DNA of 32,000 bases. It comes from Thermus thalpophilus. Lineage in GTDB: Bacteria; Deinococcota; Deinococci; Deinococcales; Thermaceae. The DNA lies in assembly GCF_022760915.1 (NCBI RefSeq), contig NZ_JAKTNS010000020.1, positions 317 through 32,316 of the forward strand, written 5' to 3'. Made by a program: the position numbers and the translations under genes. Positions 1-9,690 of the stretch are shown one piece after another (the first letter of the stretch is position 1; the number at the start of each line of letters is the position of its first letter). The notes beneath the pieces were generated by a model. The model made no database searches. It was not told where the DNA came from and was given only the letters and a program-made list of their open reading frames with translations.

Positions 1-782
1 AGCTCCCGCACCGTTTTGATGTCCACAGGGCTATCCGTGGACTTGACCTGTACCGCAATCCGGGGCCGGTCAAACCCCAGCTCCCCGGAGCCCGCCAGGA
101 TGTCCACCCCTCCATCCGGCCCCTCGGGCGAAATCCATACCTTGTACCCCTGAACGGAAAGCACCGCGGCCACGAGCTCCGTGAGGCGATGCCCTTTAAA
201 ACGCCTGGAGAGGAAGCTCCGGATTTGGTCCAGGGCCACCGCCTCGAGGTCCATTGCCTCTCCACCCCCCTCTGGGATCTCAAGGGGAGATGCGCTCGGC
301 AGGGAAGGCTGTCCTTCCAGATAGGTCCGGAAACGCTCCTCGGCGTTGTTGCGTTGAATCCGGCAAACCGTCATGAAGGCACCCAAGGAATAGAGGAGGT
401 CCTGGTCTATGCGGGTGCGGGGGATTTCCTTGATCCACTCCACGGGCCGCGTGTGGCGACAAGGCGGGGGAAGCTCCCGCCGATACTGGTACGGGCCCTT
501 CACGCGGCCCAGCACCACCAGGGGTCGTTGCTTAAGGGGCAACGCCACCAAGTCTCCCGGCTGCATCTCCCGCAAGAAAGGCCAGATCTGGCCCAGCCAG
601 TTAAGGAGGGTGTTCTTCCCCTTATCGGGGTAAGCCTCTTCCAGCTCGGCCAAAAGGGCTTCGCGGCTCGGGACGCCCGAAAGATCTCCCAACCTTTCCC
701 AGCCCACGACCGCCACGCCCTCTTTCAGAACGAGATCCTCATATTCTCCTCTTTTCCCAGCGCGCACCAGCCAAAGGGCCAT
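1..782 (-). CDS. mrr: Mrr-family restriction endonuclease, N-terminal ~260 aa (the 3' end runs off the window)
   Basis: Absent from the ORF track because it is open at the window edge. My own translation from ATG at 782..780, with AAGGGGTG about 6 nt upstream, gives MALWLVRAGKRGEYEDLVLKEGVAVVGWERLGDL...QIWPFLREMQPGDLVALPLK (Mrr_N-like). It continues ...LSVQGYKVWISPEGPDGGVDILAGSGELGFDRPRIAVQVKS (D..D-x-K nuclease core of Mrr_cat). The 189..959 + ORF is its antisense shadow. Confidence 0.75.
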   Translation of the reverse strand, partial: MALWLVRAGKRGEYEDLVLKEGVAVVGWERLGDLSGVPSREALLAELEEAYPDKGKNTLLNWLGQIWPFLREMQPGDLVALPLKQRPLVVLGRVKGPYQYRRELPPPCRHTRPVEWIKEIPRTRIDQDLLYSLGAFMTVCRIQRNNAEERFRTYLEGQPSLPSASPLEIPEGGGEAMDLEAVALDQIRSFLSRRFKGHRLTELVAAVLSVQGYKVWISPEGPDGGVDILAGSGELGFDRPRIAVQVKSTDSPVDIKTVRE

Positions 783-926
783 CACGCACCCCTTTCCCCG
801 TCTCCAGAACGGCGCGGCCGCCGGGGCCCAGTCAGGACAGGCATGGAGGGCAGAATCCCTTCTGAGCCGTTGGGTACGGGTCCCATCCGCCCACCCCAGC
901 CTGGAAGGAAGCCCTTGCCCAGAGCC

Positions 927-1805
927 CTATTCGCCCAAGAGCGCCCAGAGTTCCCTTAGCTTCTCCTCCACCTGGCGGCGCTTATGGCGGGGGAGGGCCT
1001 CGAGGTCCAGACGCTTGAGCCTCTCCGCCACCTCGTGGTGCCAGGGCTTGGGGACCGCTTCCCGCTTGAGAAGCTCCCGCACCCTGGCCTTGAGCTCCCT
1101 CAGGGAAAGCCCCGCCTGGGCTTCCTCCAAGAGGGCCTTCCGGGCGGCCTCCTCCTTCACCTTCTTGAGCTCCAGGGCGGCGGTGTAGGGGATGGCGCCC
1201 CCTTCCAGGGCCTCCTTCAGGTCCTCGGGGAGGGTGAGGAGGGGGAGGCGAGCCTGCACGAAGGACTCCCAGGACATACGCCCGAGGAGGCGGAAGACCT
1301 CCTCCACCTTCTGGGCCTCGGGGCTACCCAAAACGTTTTGGGTAGCCTTACCCCCCTTCTCGTTCCGCATCCGGTGGAGGAGGCTCGCCACCTCTTCCCT
1401 GCCCTTCCCGAGCTCCAGGGCGAGGAGGTCCAGGACCCCCACCGTTTCCTCGTAGGGGTTCAGGTCCTCCCGCTGCAGGTTCTCCATGAGGGCGATGGCC
1501 TGGGCCGCCCGCTCGTCCACCTCCAGGACCACCACCGGGACCTCCGCGAGGCCCGCCAGCTGGGCCGCCCGGTAGCGCCTTTCCCCGGCGACGATCTCGT
1601 ACTTCCCGTCCCCCCTTGGGCGCACCAGGAGGGGCTCCAGGACCCCGTGGGCCCGGATGGACTCCGCCAGGGCCCTCAGGGATGCCTCCTCAAAGCGACG
1701 GCGGGGCTGGGGGCGGGGAACGAGCTCGCCTAAAAGCGCCGTGGAGGAAGCCGGGCGCTTCGCCTCCTCCACCAGTCCCTTTAGGTAAGCGCGGATGGCG
1801 CTCAC
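927..1805 (-). CDS. parB: ParB-family plasmid partition / centromere-binding protein
   Basis: 292 aa. Contains the ParB-box region LLVRPRGDGKYEIVAGERRYRAAQLAGLAEVPVVV and an HTH region. Overlaps the parA stop by 4 bp. GC3-rich codon usage. Confidence 0.9.
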   Translation of the reverse strand: MSAIRAYLKGLVEEAKRPASSTALLGELVPRPQPRRRFEEASLRALAESIRAHGVLEPLLVRPRGDGKYEIVAGERRYRAAQLAGLAEVPVVVLEVDERAAQAIALMENLQREDLNPYEETVGVLDLLALELGKGREEVASLLHRMRNEKGGKATQNVLGSPEAQKVEEVFRLLGRMSWESFVQARLPLLTLPEDLKEALEGGAIPYTAALELKKVKEEAARKALLEEAQAGLSLRELKARVRELLKREAVPKPWHHEVAERLKRLDLEALPRHKRRQVEEKLRELWALLGE

Positions 1806-2764
1806 GCCACCACCTCCTCGTAGCGGAAGACCTCTTTGAGCAGGAAGTCGGCCAGTTTGGCGATCTCCTCCGCCGCCTCCCTGTCCCCCGTGAGCTGGAT
1901 GGGCACCTGCTCCTCCGTGGCCCGGCGGTGCGGCCCCGGGCGGTAGGCGATGCGGGGGGCCACGGGGGCGATCTCCTCAAGCTCCTTGATGGTGTCCAAC
2001 ACCCGGTTGTCCCCGGCGGTGCGGGCGTCGTACTTGGTGGGGACGAAGGCCCGGATGATGTGCGGCCTCCCGGCCACCCGCTCGGGGTCCACCTTACGCA
2101 AGGCCTCCCGGTACTCCTTGGCCACCCCGATCACCGCCTTCAGGGCCTGCACCCCCTTGGCGCCCGTTTCCACGGGCACGATGAGCCCGTCCCCGGCCAA
2201 GGCGGCCATCACCGCCAAGGAGCCCAGGGAGGGCAGGGAGTCCACGAAGACCAGGTCATAGCCCGTGAGCTTCTCCAAGGCGGTGCGCAGGGCCAAGGCC
2301 CCCAAGGGCTTGCGGTCTAGCTCCAGCTCCCCCACCGCCAGGTCCACGGAGGCGGGCACCAGGTGGAGGTTCCGCCCCACCTCCCGGGGCCGGGGCAGAA
2401 CGTCTTGCCGGATGACCCTCAGGAGGGTTTCCCCGTCCTCCACGGTGCTCGGGTCCACGCCGAGCCAGGCGGTGAGGTTGGCCTGGGGGTCGGCGTCCAC
2501 CAAGAGGACCCGGTAGCCCCTCGAGGCCAGCTCAAACCCCAAGTCCCGGGCCAAGGAGGTCTTCCCCGCCCCCCCGGCGTGGGTGAAGAGGGTGTAGACC
2601 TGCCTGCCCCGCTCGGGGCCGTCAATCTCCTCGGGGATGTACCAGTAGTGGCCGAGGCGCACCGCCTCCACCCGGCCCTCCCGGATCCACTTTCGGGCCA
2701 AGCTTTCCGAGATCCCCTGCATGCGGGCCCACTCCGTGAGGGGCACCAGCCGCTCCCTTTTCAT
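1802..2764 (-). CDS. parA: ParA-family partition ATPase with an N-terminal MerR/excisionase-like HTH
   Basis: 320 aa. N-terminus LTEWARMQGISESLARKWIREGRVEAV (HTH). Deviant Walker A region FTHAGGAGKTSLARDLG and LLVDADPQANLT. Coupled to parB. Confidence 0.9.
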   Translation of the reverse strand: MKRERLVPLTEWARMQGISESLARKWIREGRVEAVRLGHYWYIPEEIDGPERGRQVYTLFTHAGGAGKTSLARDLGFELASRGYRVLLVDADPQANLTAWLGVDPSTVEDGETLLRVIRQDVLPRPREVGRNLHLVPASVDLAVGELELDRKPLGALALRTALEKLTGYDLVFVDSLPSLGSLAVMAALAGDGLIVPVETGAKGVQALKAVIGVAKEYREALRKVDPERVAGRPHIIRAFVPTKYDARTAGDNRVLDTIKELEEIAPVAPRIAYRPGPHRRATEEQVPIQLTGDREAAEEIAKLADFLLKEVFRYEEVVA

Positions 2765-2823
2765 GGCGGAAGCCTACCAAGGAAGTGCGCCCTGGCGCAA
2801 GAGCTCCGTGTCGGCTCCCGTAC

Positions 2824-3113
2824 CTACCGGACGGCGAAGCGGGCCGCCCAGACTATGGCGCAGGCTCCCGCCGCGGCGACCAACACCCGCCCCCAGCCCA
2901 AGGCGAAGCCCCAGGGGGCGATGGCGGCCCCCCGGTCGTAGGGGTAGCGGCCCTTGCTGAGGAGACGGGCCAGGGGCCCAAGCCGGTAAGGGCCCTTTGC
3001 GAGGGCCCGGGGAGCCTCCGGCCCCAAGGCCCCCTGCACCGGGGGCGGGGCTTGGGCCGCACCCAAGACCAGGCCAGCCCCAGGAGGGCCGGGGCCAGAA
3101 GGAGCCTACCCAT
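2824..3113 (-). CDS. Possible small hydrophobic (2-TM) protein coupled to the cas6 stop; apparently needs a frame change, so it may be a pseudogene
   Basis: ATG at 3113 overlaps the last cas6 codons (GATGGGTAG) and opens MGRLLLAPALLGLAWSWVRPKPRP (TM-like, good GC3). After the C-run near 3040 the well-coded frame switches to the 2824..3066 ORF (...LLSKGRYPYDRGAAIAPWGFALGWGRVLVAAAGACAIVWAARFAVR, GC3 about 88%). I recognise no family. Confidence 0.3.
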
Positions 3114-3840
3114 CCCCCTCCCGCAGGGCGAACACCTTGGCCCGCCCGTAGCCCAAGGCGGTCTTGGCCCCCACCCCGGCGAAGAAGGCGAAGCGCCCCA
3201 GGGCCCAAAGCCAGACCAGCTCCTCCTCCTTTGCCTTGGGCAGGTGGTAGACCACCCGGCCCACGAAGCCCACGGCGTCCACCTCCGTTTCCGCCTTCAG
3301 GGTGCGCCCCTCCAGCCAGCGCACCGTGGTCCGCTCCAAAAGGGCTTCCCGCACCCCATCCGGTGCCTGGAGAGGCCCGAAGGCCTCGAGGCGCCGAAGA
3401 AGGCTCTCCACGACCAGTTTGGGCTCGGGCATGGGGTAGTGCACCCCCTTGCGGCGGAAGAAGGTGGGGCTGTGGAAGCGCAGGGGAAGGTCGGGCCCCA
3501 AGGGGTTTTGGAAGAGGCGGGGGTAAGTGGTGACCCCCGCCCAGGGGTGGCCCTCCTGAAGCACCGCCCGCACGTGAAAGGGTTTGCCCAACCGCACCGC
3601 TTCCCCCTCCAGGGCGAAGAGCCTGGGGGAAAGCCTGGCGTAGAGCTCCTCCTTGAGGAAGCTCACCCTGGCCCAGTACGCCCCCTCCTTGCCGCCGAAA
3701 CCCAGGGCGAAGGGGTTTTCCCCCTGCTCGTGGACCTCGGGGGCCACCTCCCGCACGAGGCCGTAGAAGAATCCCCGAAGCCCCACGGGCTCGGGCGGGC
3801 CCTCCCCTCGCAACACCAAGACCACGGAGGCCAGCACCAC
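3106..3840 (-). CDS. cas6: Cas6 CRISPR repeat endoribonuclease
   Basis: 244 aa with a GTG start. C-terminal glycine-rich loop FAFFAGVGAKTALGYGRAKV is typical of Cas6. Divergent from cas10, separated by a 60-bp spacer. Confidence 0.85.
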   Translation of the reverse strand: MVLASVVLVLRGEGPPEPVGLRGFFYGLVREVAPEVHEQGENPFALGFGGKEGAYWARVSFLKEELYARLSPRLFALEGEAVRLGKPFHVRAVLQEGHPWAGVTTYPRLFQNPLGPDLPLRFHSPTFFRRKGVHYPMPEPKLVVESLLRRLEAFGPLQAPDGVREALLERTTVRWLEGRTLKAETEVDAVGFVGRVVYHLPKAKEEELVWLWALGRFAFFAGVGAKTALGYGRAKVFALREGDG

Positions 3841-3900
3841 GGGGGGATTTTACCCGCCTGTGCATCCTTCACGCGGCCAAGGCCGAAGAAGGGGTAATCT

Positions 3901-6321
3901 GTGCGCATCACAGACGGGCTTTCCGTGGCCCTGGCGGCCCTTCTCCACGATGTGGGCAAACTCCTCTCCCGCGCCCGCTGGAACGAGCGGGACGAGGAGA
4001 TGCCCGACCGCACCCACACCGCCTACACCGCCCGCTTCATCCTGTCCCAGGCGCCCCTCTTCCAACGAGCCGGCCTGGACCCCGAGTGGCTGGCCCGCAC
4101 CGCAAGCCGCCACCACGAGGGCTGGCACAACCGCCCCCAGTACCAGCCCGACACCCCCGAGGCCTGGTGCGTGGCCCTGGCGGACACCCACGCCTCCCAG
4201 GAGCGGGAAGGGGAGGGGGGAGGAAGCCCCCCGGAGGTGCCCCTCCAGCCCATCTTCGCCCGGCTCCGCCTTCAGGGGCGGGAAGGGGAGGGTGGGGTGG
4301 GCCTGAGCCCGGTGCACGCCCTGGGGGAGGGCCTGGTGCCGGGGGCGCCCTACCCGGAGACCCAGCCCAACGTGCGCAAAGAAGTTTACGCCCGCCTCCT
4401 GGAGCGCCTGGAGGGGCGGCTCGCCGCCTTCCACCCCCAAAACCCGCAGGGCCTCCTCATGGGCCTCCTTTCGGCCTTCCAGGAAACCCTCTCCCTGGTC
4501 CCCGCCGACACGCAAAGCGAGCCCGATGTTTCCCTCTACGATCACCTCCGCCTGACCGCCGCCATCGCCCACGCCCTCTGGCGCTATCACGGGGAGGCGC
4601 CTTCCGTGGAGGCCCTTCGGCAAGACGGGGAGAAGTTTCTCCTGGTGGTGGGGGACATGGGCGGGATCCAAGGCCACATCTACCGCATCGCCGGGGCGGA
4701 AACCGGGGTGGGGGGGATCGCCAAGCGCCTCCGGGCGCGGAGCCTCGAGGTGAGCCTGGCCTCCGAGGCCATGGCCTTGGGGATCCTGCGGGCGGTGGGC
4801 CTCACACCCCTAAACCGCATCCTGGGGGCGGGGGGAAAGTTCTACCTGCTGCTACCCAACACCGAGAACGCCCTGGAGGCCCTGAAGGAGGCCCAAGCCG
4901 CCTGGGGCTCCTGGGCCTTGGAGAACGGGGCAAGCCTCCTGCCCCACCTGGCCTGGGTGGCCTTCAGGGGAGAGGACTTCCGCCGCTTCCCCGACGTGCT
5001 GCAACGGGCTCACCAGGCCCTGGCCCTGGCCAAGCTGAGGCCCCTACCCTTCCTCCAGGCCACGGGGGAAGGCGTGCGGGAGGCCCTCCGCCCCTGCGCC
5101 GCCTGCGGCCTGCGCCCCGCCCAGAAGGACGAACCCGGAAGCCTCTGCCTGGGCTGCGAGCTGGAGCGGGAGGTGGGGGGGCTTCTGCCGAGGAGCGACC
5201 GGGTGGGCTTCTTCGCCGAGGAGGCCCCGAGGCCCTACCTGCGCTTTCCCTCCTTCCGGGTGGCCTTGGGGCAGGGGGGGTTTCCCAAAGCGCCCTTCCA
5301 CACCTACCGGGCCCAGGCCGACTTCGCCCCCGACGGCGCCTCCTTTGAGGTGAAGCCCCTTTTGGGCCACCTGCCCACGGTGGCCCAAGCCCTCAAGGCC
5401 AAGGGGGTTTCCCCGGAGGAGTACCTGGCGTGGGCGCAGGAGGAGGGGCTTTGGGAGGCGGAGGAGGGCTTGGCCTTGGATCGGCCCCTCACCTTCTCCG
5501 AGCTCGCCCACCTCTCCCAGGGGGCTTCCTACCTGGGGGGCCTCCTCCTGGACGCCGACCGCATGGGGGAGGCCTTCGCCACGGGGTTTAGGGGAGAGGA
5601 GCGGGACCTGGCCACCCCGAGCCGCATCGCCGCCCTATCCCGGGCCCTGGAGTGGTTTTTCAGCGTGGAGGTCTTGGAGCTCATGCGAAACCCCTCCCGC
5701 TACCAAAAGCGCCTGGGGTGGGATGACCTCGAGGCCCGCCGTAAGGGAGCGCGCTACCCCCTCCTCTACAGCGTCTACTCGGGCGGGGACGACCTCTTCC
5801 TCCTGGGGCCCTGGGACGCCCTCCTGGATTTCGCCCTGGACCTAGCGGAGCTTTACCGCCAGTACACCCGGCATCCCGCCCTCACCCTTTCCGGGGCCTT
5901 CCTCCTCTTCGCCCCCAAGTCCCCGGTGCCCCAGATGGCCCAGGCCCTGCAGGAGGCGGAGAAAAAGGCCAAGGGCGCGGGGCGGGGGAGGCTTTACCTC
6001 TTCGGCCAGGCGGTGCCGTGGGGGGAGCTAAAGGGGCTTCGCCCCTGGCAGGAGGGCCTGAGGCGGGACCTCGAGGCGGACCGGGTGAGCAAGGCCCAGG
6101 TCTACCGTTGGCTCTCCCTGTGGCGGCGCTTCGCGGCGGCGGAGGACGAGGGGGCGCGCATGGGGTACAAGCCCCTCCTGGCCTACGCCCTCAGGCGCCT
6201 GCGGGAGAGGGACGAGGCGGCTTGGAAGAGGTACCTCACGCTTCTAGACCATCAGGACCCGGCCTGGCTGCACCTGCCCGTCTGGGTCCAGTGGGCGCTA
6301 TACCAGGAAAGGAGGAGCTAA
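3901..6321 (+). CDS. cas10: Cas10/Csm1, type III-A large subunit (HD nuclease plus cyclase palm)
   Basis: 806 aa with a GTG start. N-terminal HD motif [10 protein letters not shown]. Zn finger CAACG...CLGCE. Cyclase motif [15 protein letters not shown]. Confidence 0.95.
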   Translation: MRITDGLSVALAALLHDVGKLLSRARWNERDEEMPDRTHTAYTARFILSQAPLFQRAGLDPEWLARTASRHHEGWHNRPQYQPDTPEAWCVALADTHASQEREGEGGGSPPEVPLQPIFARLRLQGREGEGGVGLSPVHALGEGLVPGAPYPETQPNVRKEVYARLLERLEGRLAAFHPQNPQGLLMGLLSAFQETLSLVPADTQSEPDVSLYDHLRLTAAIAHALWRYHGEAPSVEALRQDGEKFLLVVGDMGGIQGHIYRIAGAETGVGGIAKRLRARSLEVSLASEAMALGILRAVGLTPLNRILGAGGKFYLLLPNTENALEALKEAQAAWGSWALENGASLLPHLAWVAFRGEDFRRFPDVLQRAHQALALAKLRPLPFLQATGEGVREALRPCAACGLRPAQKDEPGSLCLGCELEREVGGLLPRSDRVGFFAEEAPRPYLRFPSFRVALGQGGFPKAPFHTYRAQADFAPDGASFEVKPLLGHLPTVAQALKAKGVSPEEYLAWAQEEGLWEAEEGLALDRPLTFSELAHLSQGASYLGGLLLDADRMGEAFATGFRGEERDLATPSRIAALSRALEWFFSVEVLELMRNPSRYQKRLGWDDLEARRKGARYPLLYSVYSGGDDLFLLGPWDALLDFALDLAELYRQYTRHPALTLSGAFLLFAPKSPVPQMAQALQEAEKKAKGAGRGRLYLFGQAVPWGELKGLRPWQEGLRRDLEADRVSKAQVYRWLSLWRRFAAAEDEGARMGYKPLLAYALRRLRERDEAAWKRYLTLLDHQDPAWLHLPVWVQWALYQERRS

Positions 6322-6726
6322 ATGGCCACCCTAGAGTTTTACCGCGATAAGGAGAAAGGACTCTTGGACCCCGTTCTTTTTGAGCGGGCCCGCCAGGTGG
6401 CGGAAGACTTGGTTCGGGAAGGCAAGGTCAAGTCCAGCCAGTTCCGCAACTACTTCGCCGAGCTTCGCGCCCTGGAAAACCGCTTCCAAAAGGAGCGCAA
6501 GGCGGACGAGGACCTGGCCTTCGCCCGGCTCGTGCCGGAGCTGGAGCTTTTGAAGGCCAAACTGGCCTACAACACGCGCGCGCAAGGCCCCTTACGGGGA
6601 GCCGGGAAGTTCGTGGCCTTCCTCAACGAGGCCTTAGACGCGGGCAAAAGAAGCCCCAAGGACTTTGAGGCCATGATGAAGTACGTGGAGGCGGTGCTGG
6701 CCTATTTCTACGCTTTAGGCAAGTGA
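6322..6726 (+). CDS. csm2: Csm2 small subunit (Cas11 family)
   Basis: 134 aa, helical. SSQFRNYFAELRALENRF is typical of Csm2. GGAGGAG lies upstream, and the junction with cas10 reads TAAATG. Confidence 0.85.
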   Translation: MATLEFYRDKEKGLLDPVLFERARQVAEDLVREGKVKSSQFRNYFAELRALENRFQKERKADEDLAFARLVPELELLKAKLAYNTRAQGPLRGAGKFVAFLNEALDAGKRSPKDFEAMMKYVEAVLAYFYALGK

Positions 6727-6737
6727 GGAGGCGTGGG

Positions 6738-7466
6738 ATGAAGCTCAGGAAGATCTTCCGTATCCAAGCCATTCTCCTGGCCAAGACCGGGCTCAGGATC
6801 GGCATGAGCCGCGACCAGATGGCCATCGGCGACCTGGACAACCCCGTGATCCGCAACCCGCTCACGGACGAGCCCTACATCCCGGGCTCCAGCCTCAAGG
6901 GGAAGCTCCGCTACCTCCTGGAGTGGAGCCTTGGCGGGGACTATATCCAGCCCACCAACAAGCACGTCTACGCCTCCCCGGACCCCGAGGACCCCGTGGC
7001 CCGCATCTTCGGCCTGGCCCCGGAAAACGATGGCGCCTCCCTCGAGGCGGCCAGAAAGCGGGGTCCCACGCGACTCCTGGTGCGGGACGCCTACCTCACC
7101 CCCGATTCCAAGGAGGAGCTGGAGCGCACCATCGCCCGGGGCGGCTACCTCACGGAGATCAAGCAGGAGGTCTTCATCCCCCGCCTGGGCGGCAACGCCA
7201 ACCCCCGCACCACGGAGCGGGTGCCCGCCGGGGCGCGGTTTCACGTGGAAATGGTCTACCGCATTCTGGACGAGCAGGACGAGGAGAACTTCCGCCGCTA
7301 CGTCCTCCGCGCCCTGGAGCTCTTGGAGCTGGACGGCCTGGGCGGCCACATCAGCCGGGGCTACGGCCAGGTCTACTTCCTGCATCCCGAGAAGCCCCTG
7401 GAGGCCCAGGAGGGTCTACCCCTCTCGGAGCGGCTCAAGATCGCCGAGGTCAACCTGGCGGGGTAG
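6738..7466 (+). CDS. csm3: Csm3 (Cas7-family RAMP, crRNA backbone and target RNase subunit)
   Basis: RIGMSRDQMAIGDLDNPVIRNPLTDEPYIPGSSLKGKLR and a C-terminal GLGGHISRGYG G-rich loop. I prefer ATG at 6738, which has GAGGAGG 6-7 nt upstream. The track start at 6723 (GTG) is the alternative. Confidence 0.9.
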   Translation: MKLRKIFRIQAILLAKTGLRIGMSRDQMAIGDLDNPVIRNPLTDEPYIPGSSLKGKLRYLLEWSLGGDYIQPTNKHVYASPDPEDPVARIFGLAPENDGASLEAARKRGPTRLLVRDAYLTPDSKEELERTIARGGYLTEIKQEVFIPRLGGNANPRTTERVPAGARFHVEMVYRILDEQDEENFRRYVLRALELLELDGLGGHISRGYGQVYFLHPEKPLEAQEGLPLSERLKIAEVNLAG

Positions 7467-7467
7467 C

Positions 7468-8331
7468 ATGCGGGTCAAGGCCTACTACCTCCGCTTCAGG
7501 GGGCCGGTGCGGAGCCTGCCCCGGGCCTCCACCCTCCTCGGGCACCTCCTTTGGTGGTACCGCTACACCCACGGCCGGGAGGCCCTGGAGGCGCTTTTGG
7601 AGCGGCTTCCCGGCATGGGCTTCCGCCTCTCCAGCGCCTTCCCCGAGGGCTTCCTGCCCCGGCCCAAGCTCCCCCCGCTCCAGGTGGAGGAGACGGGCTT
7701 GCGCAAAAGGCTCAAGGCCCTGGCCTTCCTCAGCTTTGACACCTTCCGCAAGGTGGCGGAAAGGGGAGAGGAGGCCCTCCTGGGAGCCCCGGAGGTGGAG
7801 GGCCTCGAGCCAAGGATGGGCCGCCCCTTGCGCCGCCTGCGGGTGGGGATAGACCGCCTCTCCGGCACCGCCCGGGCGGGCGTCCTCTTCGCCCAAGACC
7901 TCTTCGTCCCTGAGGGGCGCTTTGCCGTCTACGCCCTAGGCGAGCCCCCCTTTGACCTCCTGGAGGGGCTCCGCTTCGTGGGGGAGATGGGCTACGGGGG
8001 CCTAGCCAGCGTGGGGGCGGGGTGCTTCCGGGTGGAGGGGGAGGAGGCGCTGGAGCTTCCCGAGGCGCAAAACCCCAACGCCTACGCCACCCTGGCCCCC
8101 GGGCCCCTGGAAGGGGCCCTCTACTCCGAGCTGGAGCCCTACTGGGGGCGGCTCGGCGGCGGCTACGTGGGGGCCAAGCCCTTCAAGCGGCCCCACCTGC
8201 GGGCCAAGGAGGGAAGCATCTACCAAGAAAGCGCCCTTCGCCTCCTGGACGTGACTCCCTCCGAGCCCCCGGAGGAGGGGGTGCGGGTGTACGAGGTGCT
8301 GCAGGTGTTCCCCTTGGGGGTGCGGGTATGA
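7468..8331 (+). CDS. csm4: Csm4 (Cas5-family RAMP)
   Basis: Internal ATG of the 6931..8331 ORF, 2 nt after the csm3 stop. MRVKAYYLRFRGPVRSLPRASTLLGHLLWWY...GEMGYGGLASVGAGCF (G-rich loop). The upstream part of the track ORF is off-frame over csm3. Confidence 0.85.
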   Translation: MRVKAYYLRFRGPVRSLPRASTLLGHLLWWYRYTHGREALEALLERLPGMGFRLSSAFPEGFLPRPKLPPLQVEETGLRKRLKALAFLSFDTFRKVAERGEEALLGAPEVEGLEPRMGRPLRRLRVGIDRLSGTARAGVLFAQDLFVPEGRFAVYALGEPPFDLLEGLRFVGEMGYGGLASVGAGCFRVEGEEALELPEAQNPNAYATLAPGPLEGALYSELEPYWGRLGGGYVGAKPFKRPHLRAKEGSIYQESALRLLDVTPSEPPEEGVRVYEVLQVFPLGVRV

Positions 8332-9476
8332 GCTTCCTGGAGAGCTACGCCCTGGAGCTAGAGCTTCTCTCCCCGGTCCACGTGGGCACCGGGGAAAACT
8401 ACCCCGCCTACGCCTATATCCCCGACTTCGCCAAGCGGCAGGTCTACTTTTTGGACACCTCCGCCCTCCTCCTTGCCCTTTCCCCCGGGCGCCGGGAGGC
8501 CTTCTTGCGCAGGGTGGCGGAGGGCCCCAAGGGAGCCCAGGAGGTGTTGCGGAGCCTCTTCGCCGAGGGGCAGGTGCCCAAGGAGGCCATCCTGCGCACC
8601 CTTCCCGCCAGCAAGGCGTTTTTGGACAGCATACTGCAGGCCACGGAGGAAGCGGCCTTGGAGTTCCGCCCCTTGCCCTCTAGCCCCTTGGGCCCCTACC
8701 TCCCTGGCTCCAGCGTGAAGGGGGCGCTCCGCACCGCCTGGCTCTACTGGCGCCTGGTGCAGAGGGGGGAGGTGGTGGAGTGGCGGGGGGGAGGCTGGGC
8801 GTGGCGCAAGCCCACGCCAAAGGACAAAGACGCCCTCATCCAGCCCCCCCAGAAGCCCGATCGCTCCCACAACCAAACCTTTGAAGGCGCGGTCTTGGGC
8901 TACCTCGCCTCCAAGAACGGCCGCCCCGATCTGAATCTCTACCAAGACCCCTTCCGCGCCGTGCGCCTCACGGACTCGAGCCCGGGGGAAGGCTTCCTCA
9001 ACCGCATCGGGGTCTTCCACCCCAAAGGCGCCATGGACCGGACCGTTATCCTGGCGGAAACCTTCCGCAAGGGAAGCCGCTTCCGCTTCCTCTTCCGCTA
9101 CCAGGGGGGCCTCGCCCGGCACGGGGGCGTGGCGGGGCCGGTGCCCCCAAAGGAGCTCGTGCGGGCCCTTAGGGAGTACTACGGCAAGGTGGCCGAGTGG
9201 GAGCGGTCCTTCGCCGAGGACGAGGGGCTTGCGCGGGCCCTCGAGGTCTACCGGGAGCTTGAGGCTCGCCTGGCGCAGGACAAGGAGGCTTTCCCCCTCC
9301 GGGTGGGCTTCGGTTCGGGAAGGCTCACCCTCCGCCTCGCCCTCCTCCTGCCCGAGGACTACCCGGAGGCGCAGGAGCCCAAGACCCGCAAAACCGCAGG
9401 AGCGCAGAGCCCGAAGGATGGCTACCCCCTGGGGTGGGCCATCGGGCGCTTGGTTCCTTTAGGAAGTGGGCGGTGA
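8328..9476 (+). CDS. csm5: Csm5 (Cas7-like RAMP)
   Basis: ATGA overlap with the csm4 stop. MSFLESYALELELLSPVHVGTGE...PYLPGSSVKGALRTAW...RVGFGSG. Occupies the last position of the csm operon. Confidence 0.85.
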   Translation: MSFLESYALELELLSPVHVGTGENYPAYAYIPDFAKRQVYFLDTSALLLALSPGRREAFLRRVAEGPKGAQEVLRSLFAEGQVPKEAILRTLPASKAFLDSILQATEEAALEFRPLPSSPLGPYLPGSSVKGALRTAWLYWRLVQRGEVVEWRGGGWAWRKPTPKDKDALIQPPQKPDRSHNQTFEGAVLGYLASKNGRPDLNLYQDPFRAVRLTDSSPGEGFLNRIGVFHPKGAMDRTVILAETFRKGSRFRFLFRYQGGLARHGGVAGPVPPKELVRALREYYGKVAEWERSFAEDEGLARALEVYRELEARLAQDKEAFPLRVGFGSGRLTLRLALLLPEDYPEAQEPKTRKTAGAQSPKDGYPLGWAIGRLVPLGSGR

Positions 9477-9690
9477 AGCTCATCCTTGTCCTGGTCGGCA
9501 AGGGTAACAAGGGAAAAGTTCACTAAATCGTAGCTCACGCCGGTATGCGGCCCAACCCTACCCCCGCACATGGCCTGGAAGGTAACGTGCGGGGGGTTAT
9601 GGGGTTGGCTCGAGGCGCTTATTTTTGTCGGGGCGAGCGTCGGGGGAAATAAGGGCAGAAGACCGAAGGCGGCCCCTCCCCGACCCCGCG

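Noticed and set aside
189-959. 256-aa plus-strand ORF, together with similar long ORFs at 984..1733, 1616..2320, 2785..3897, 2774..3865, 3850..4677, 4086..5348, 6708..7385, 6923..7852, 8358..9122, 10149..11141, 12214..12912, 19846..20568, 20220..20921, 23799..24341, 24737..25948, 24994..25830, 27226..28623, 29803..30609 and others
   Set aside because: These are antisense or off-frame shadows of well-supported genes. Their translations are P/G/R/A-rich with no recognisable motifs, and the true frame on the other strand or phase has strong GC3 bias and family motifs. Long spurious ORFs are expected at about 69% GC.
2786-2799. Palindrome TGCGCC-ct-GGCGCA upstream of parA, as a possible ParA operator or parS
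   Set aside because: With 6-bp GC-rich arms it is likely to occur by chance. I found no repeat copies and no similarity to the TGTTTCACGTGAAACA parS consensus.
3859-3872. CRP-like half-sites TGTG-n6-TCAC in the cas6/cas10 spacer (Thermus cas promoters are known CRP targets)
   Set aside because: The spacing is one base shorter than the canonical TGTGA-N6-TCACA, and the outer bases do not match. That is too weak to call without a PWM scan or binding data.
9477-9690. 214-bp convergent gap between csm5 and cas2, checked for terminators, an ncRNA or a degenerate repeat
   Set aside because: I found only weak stems (CCTTG-n10-CAAGG). There is no stem followed by a T-run, and no similarity to the CRISPR repeat.
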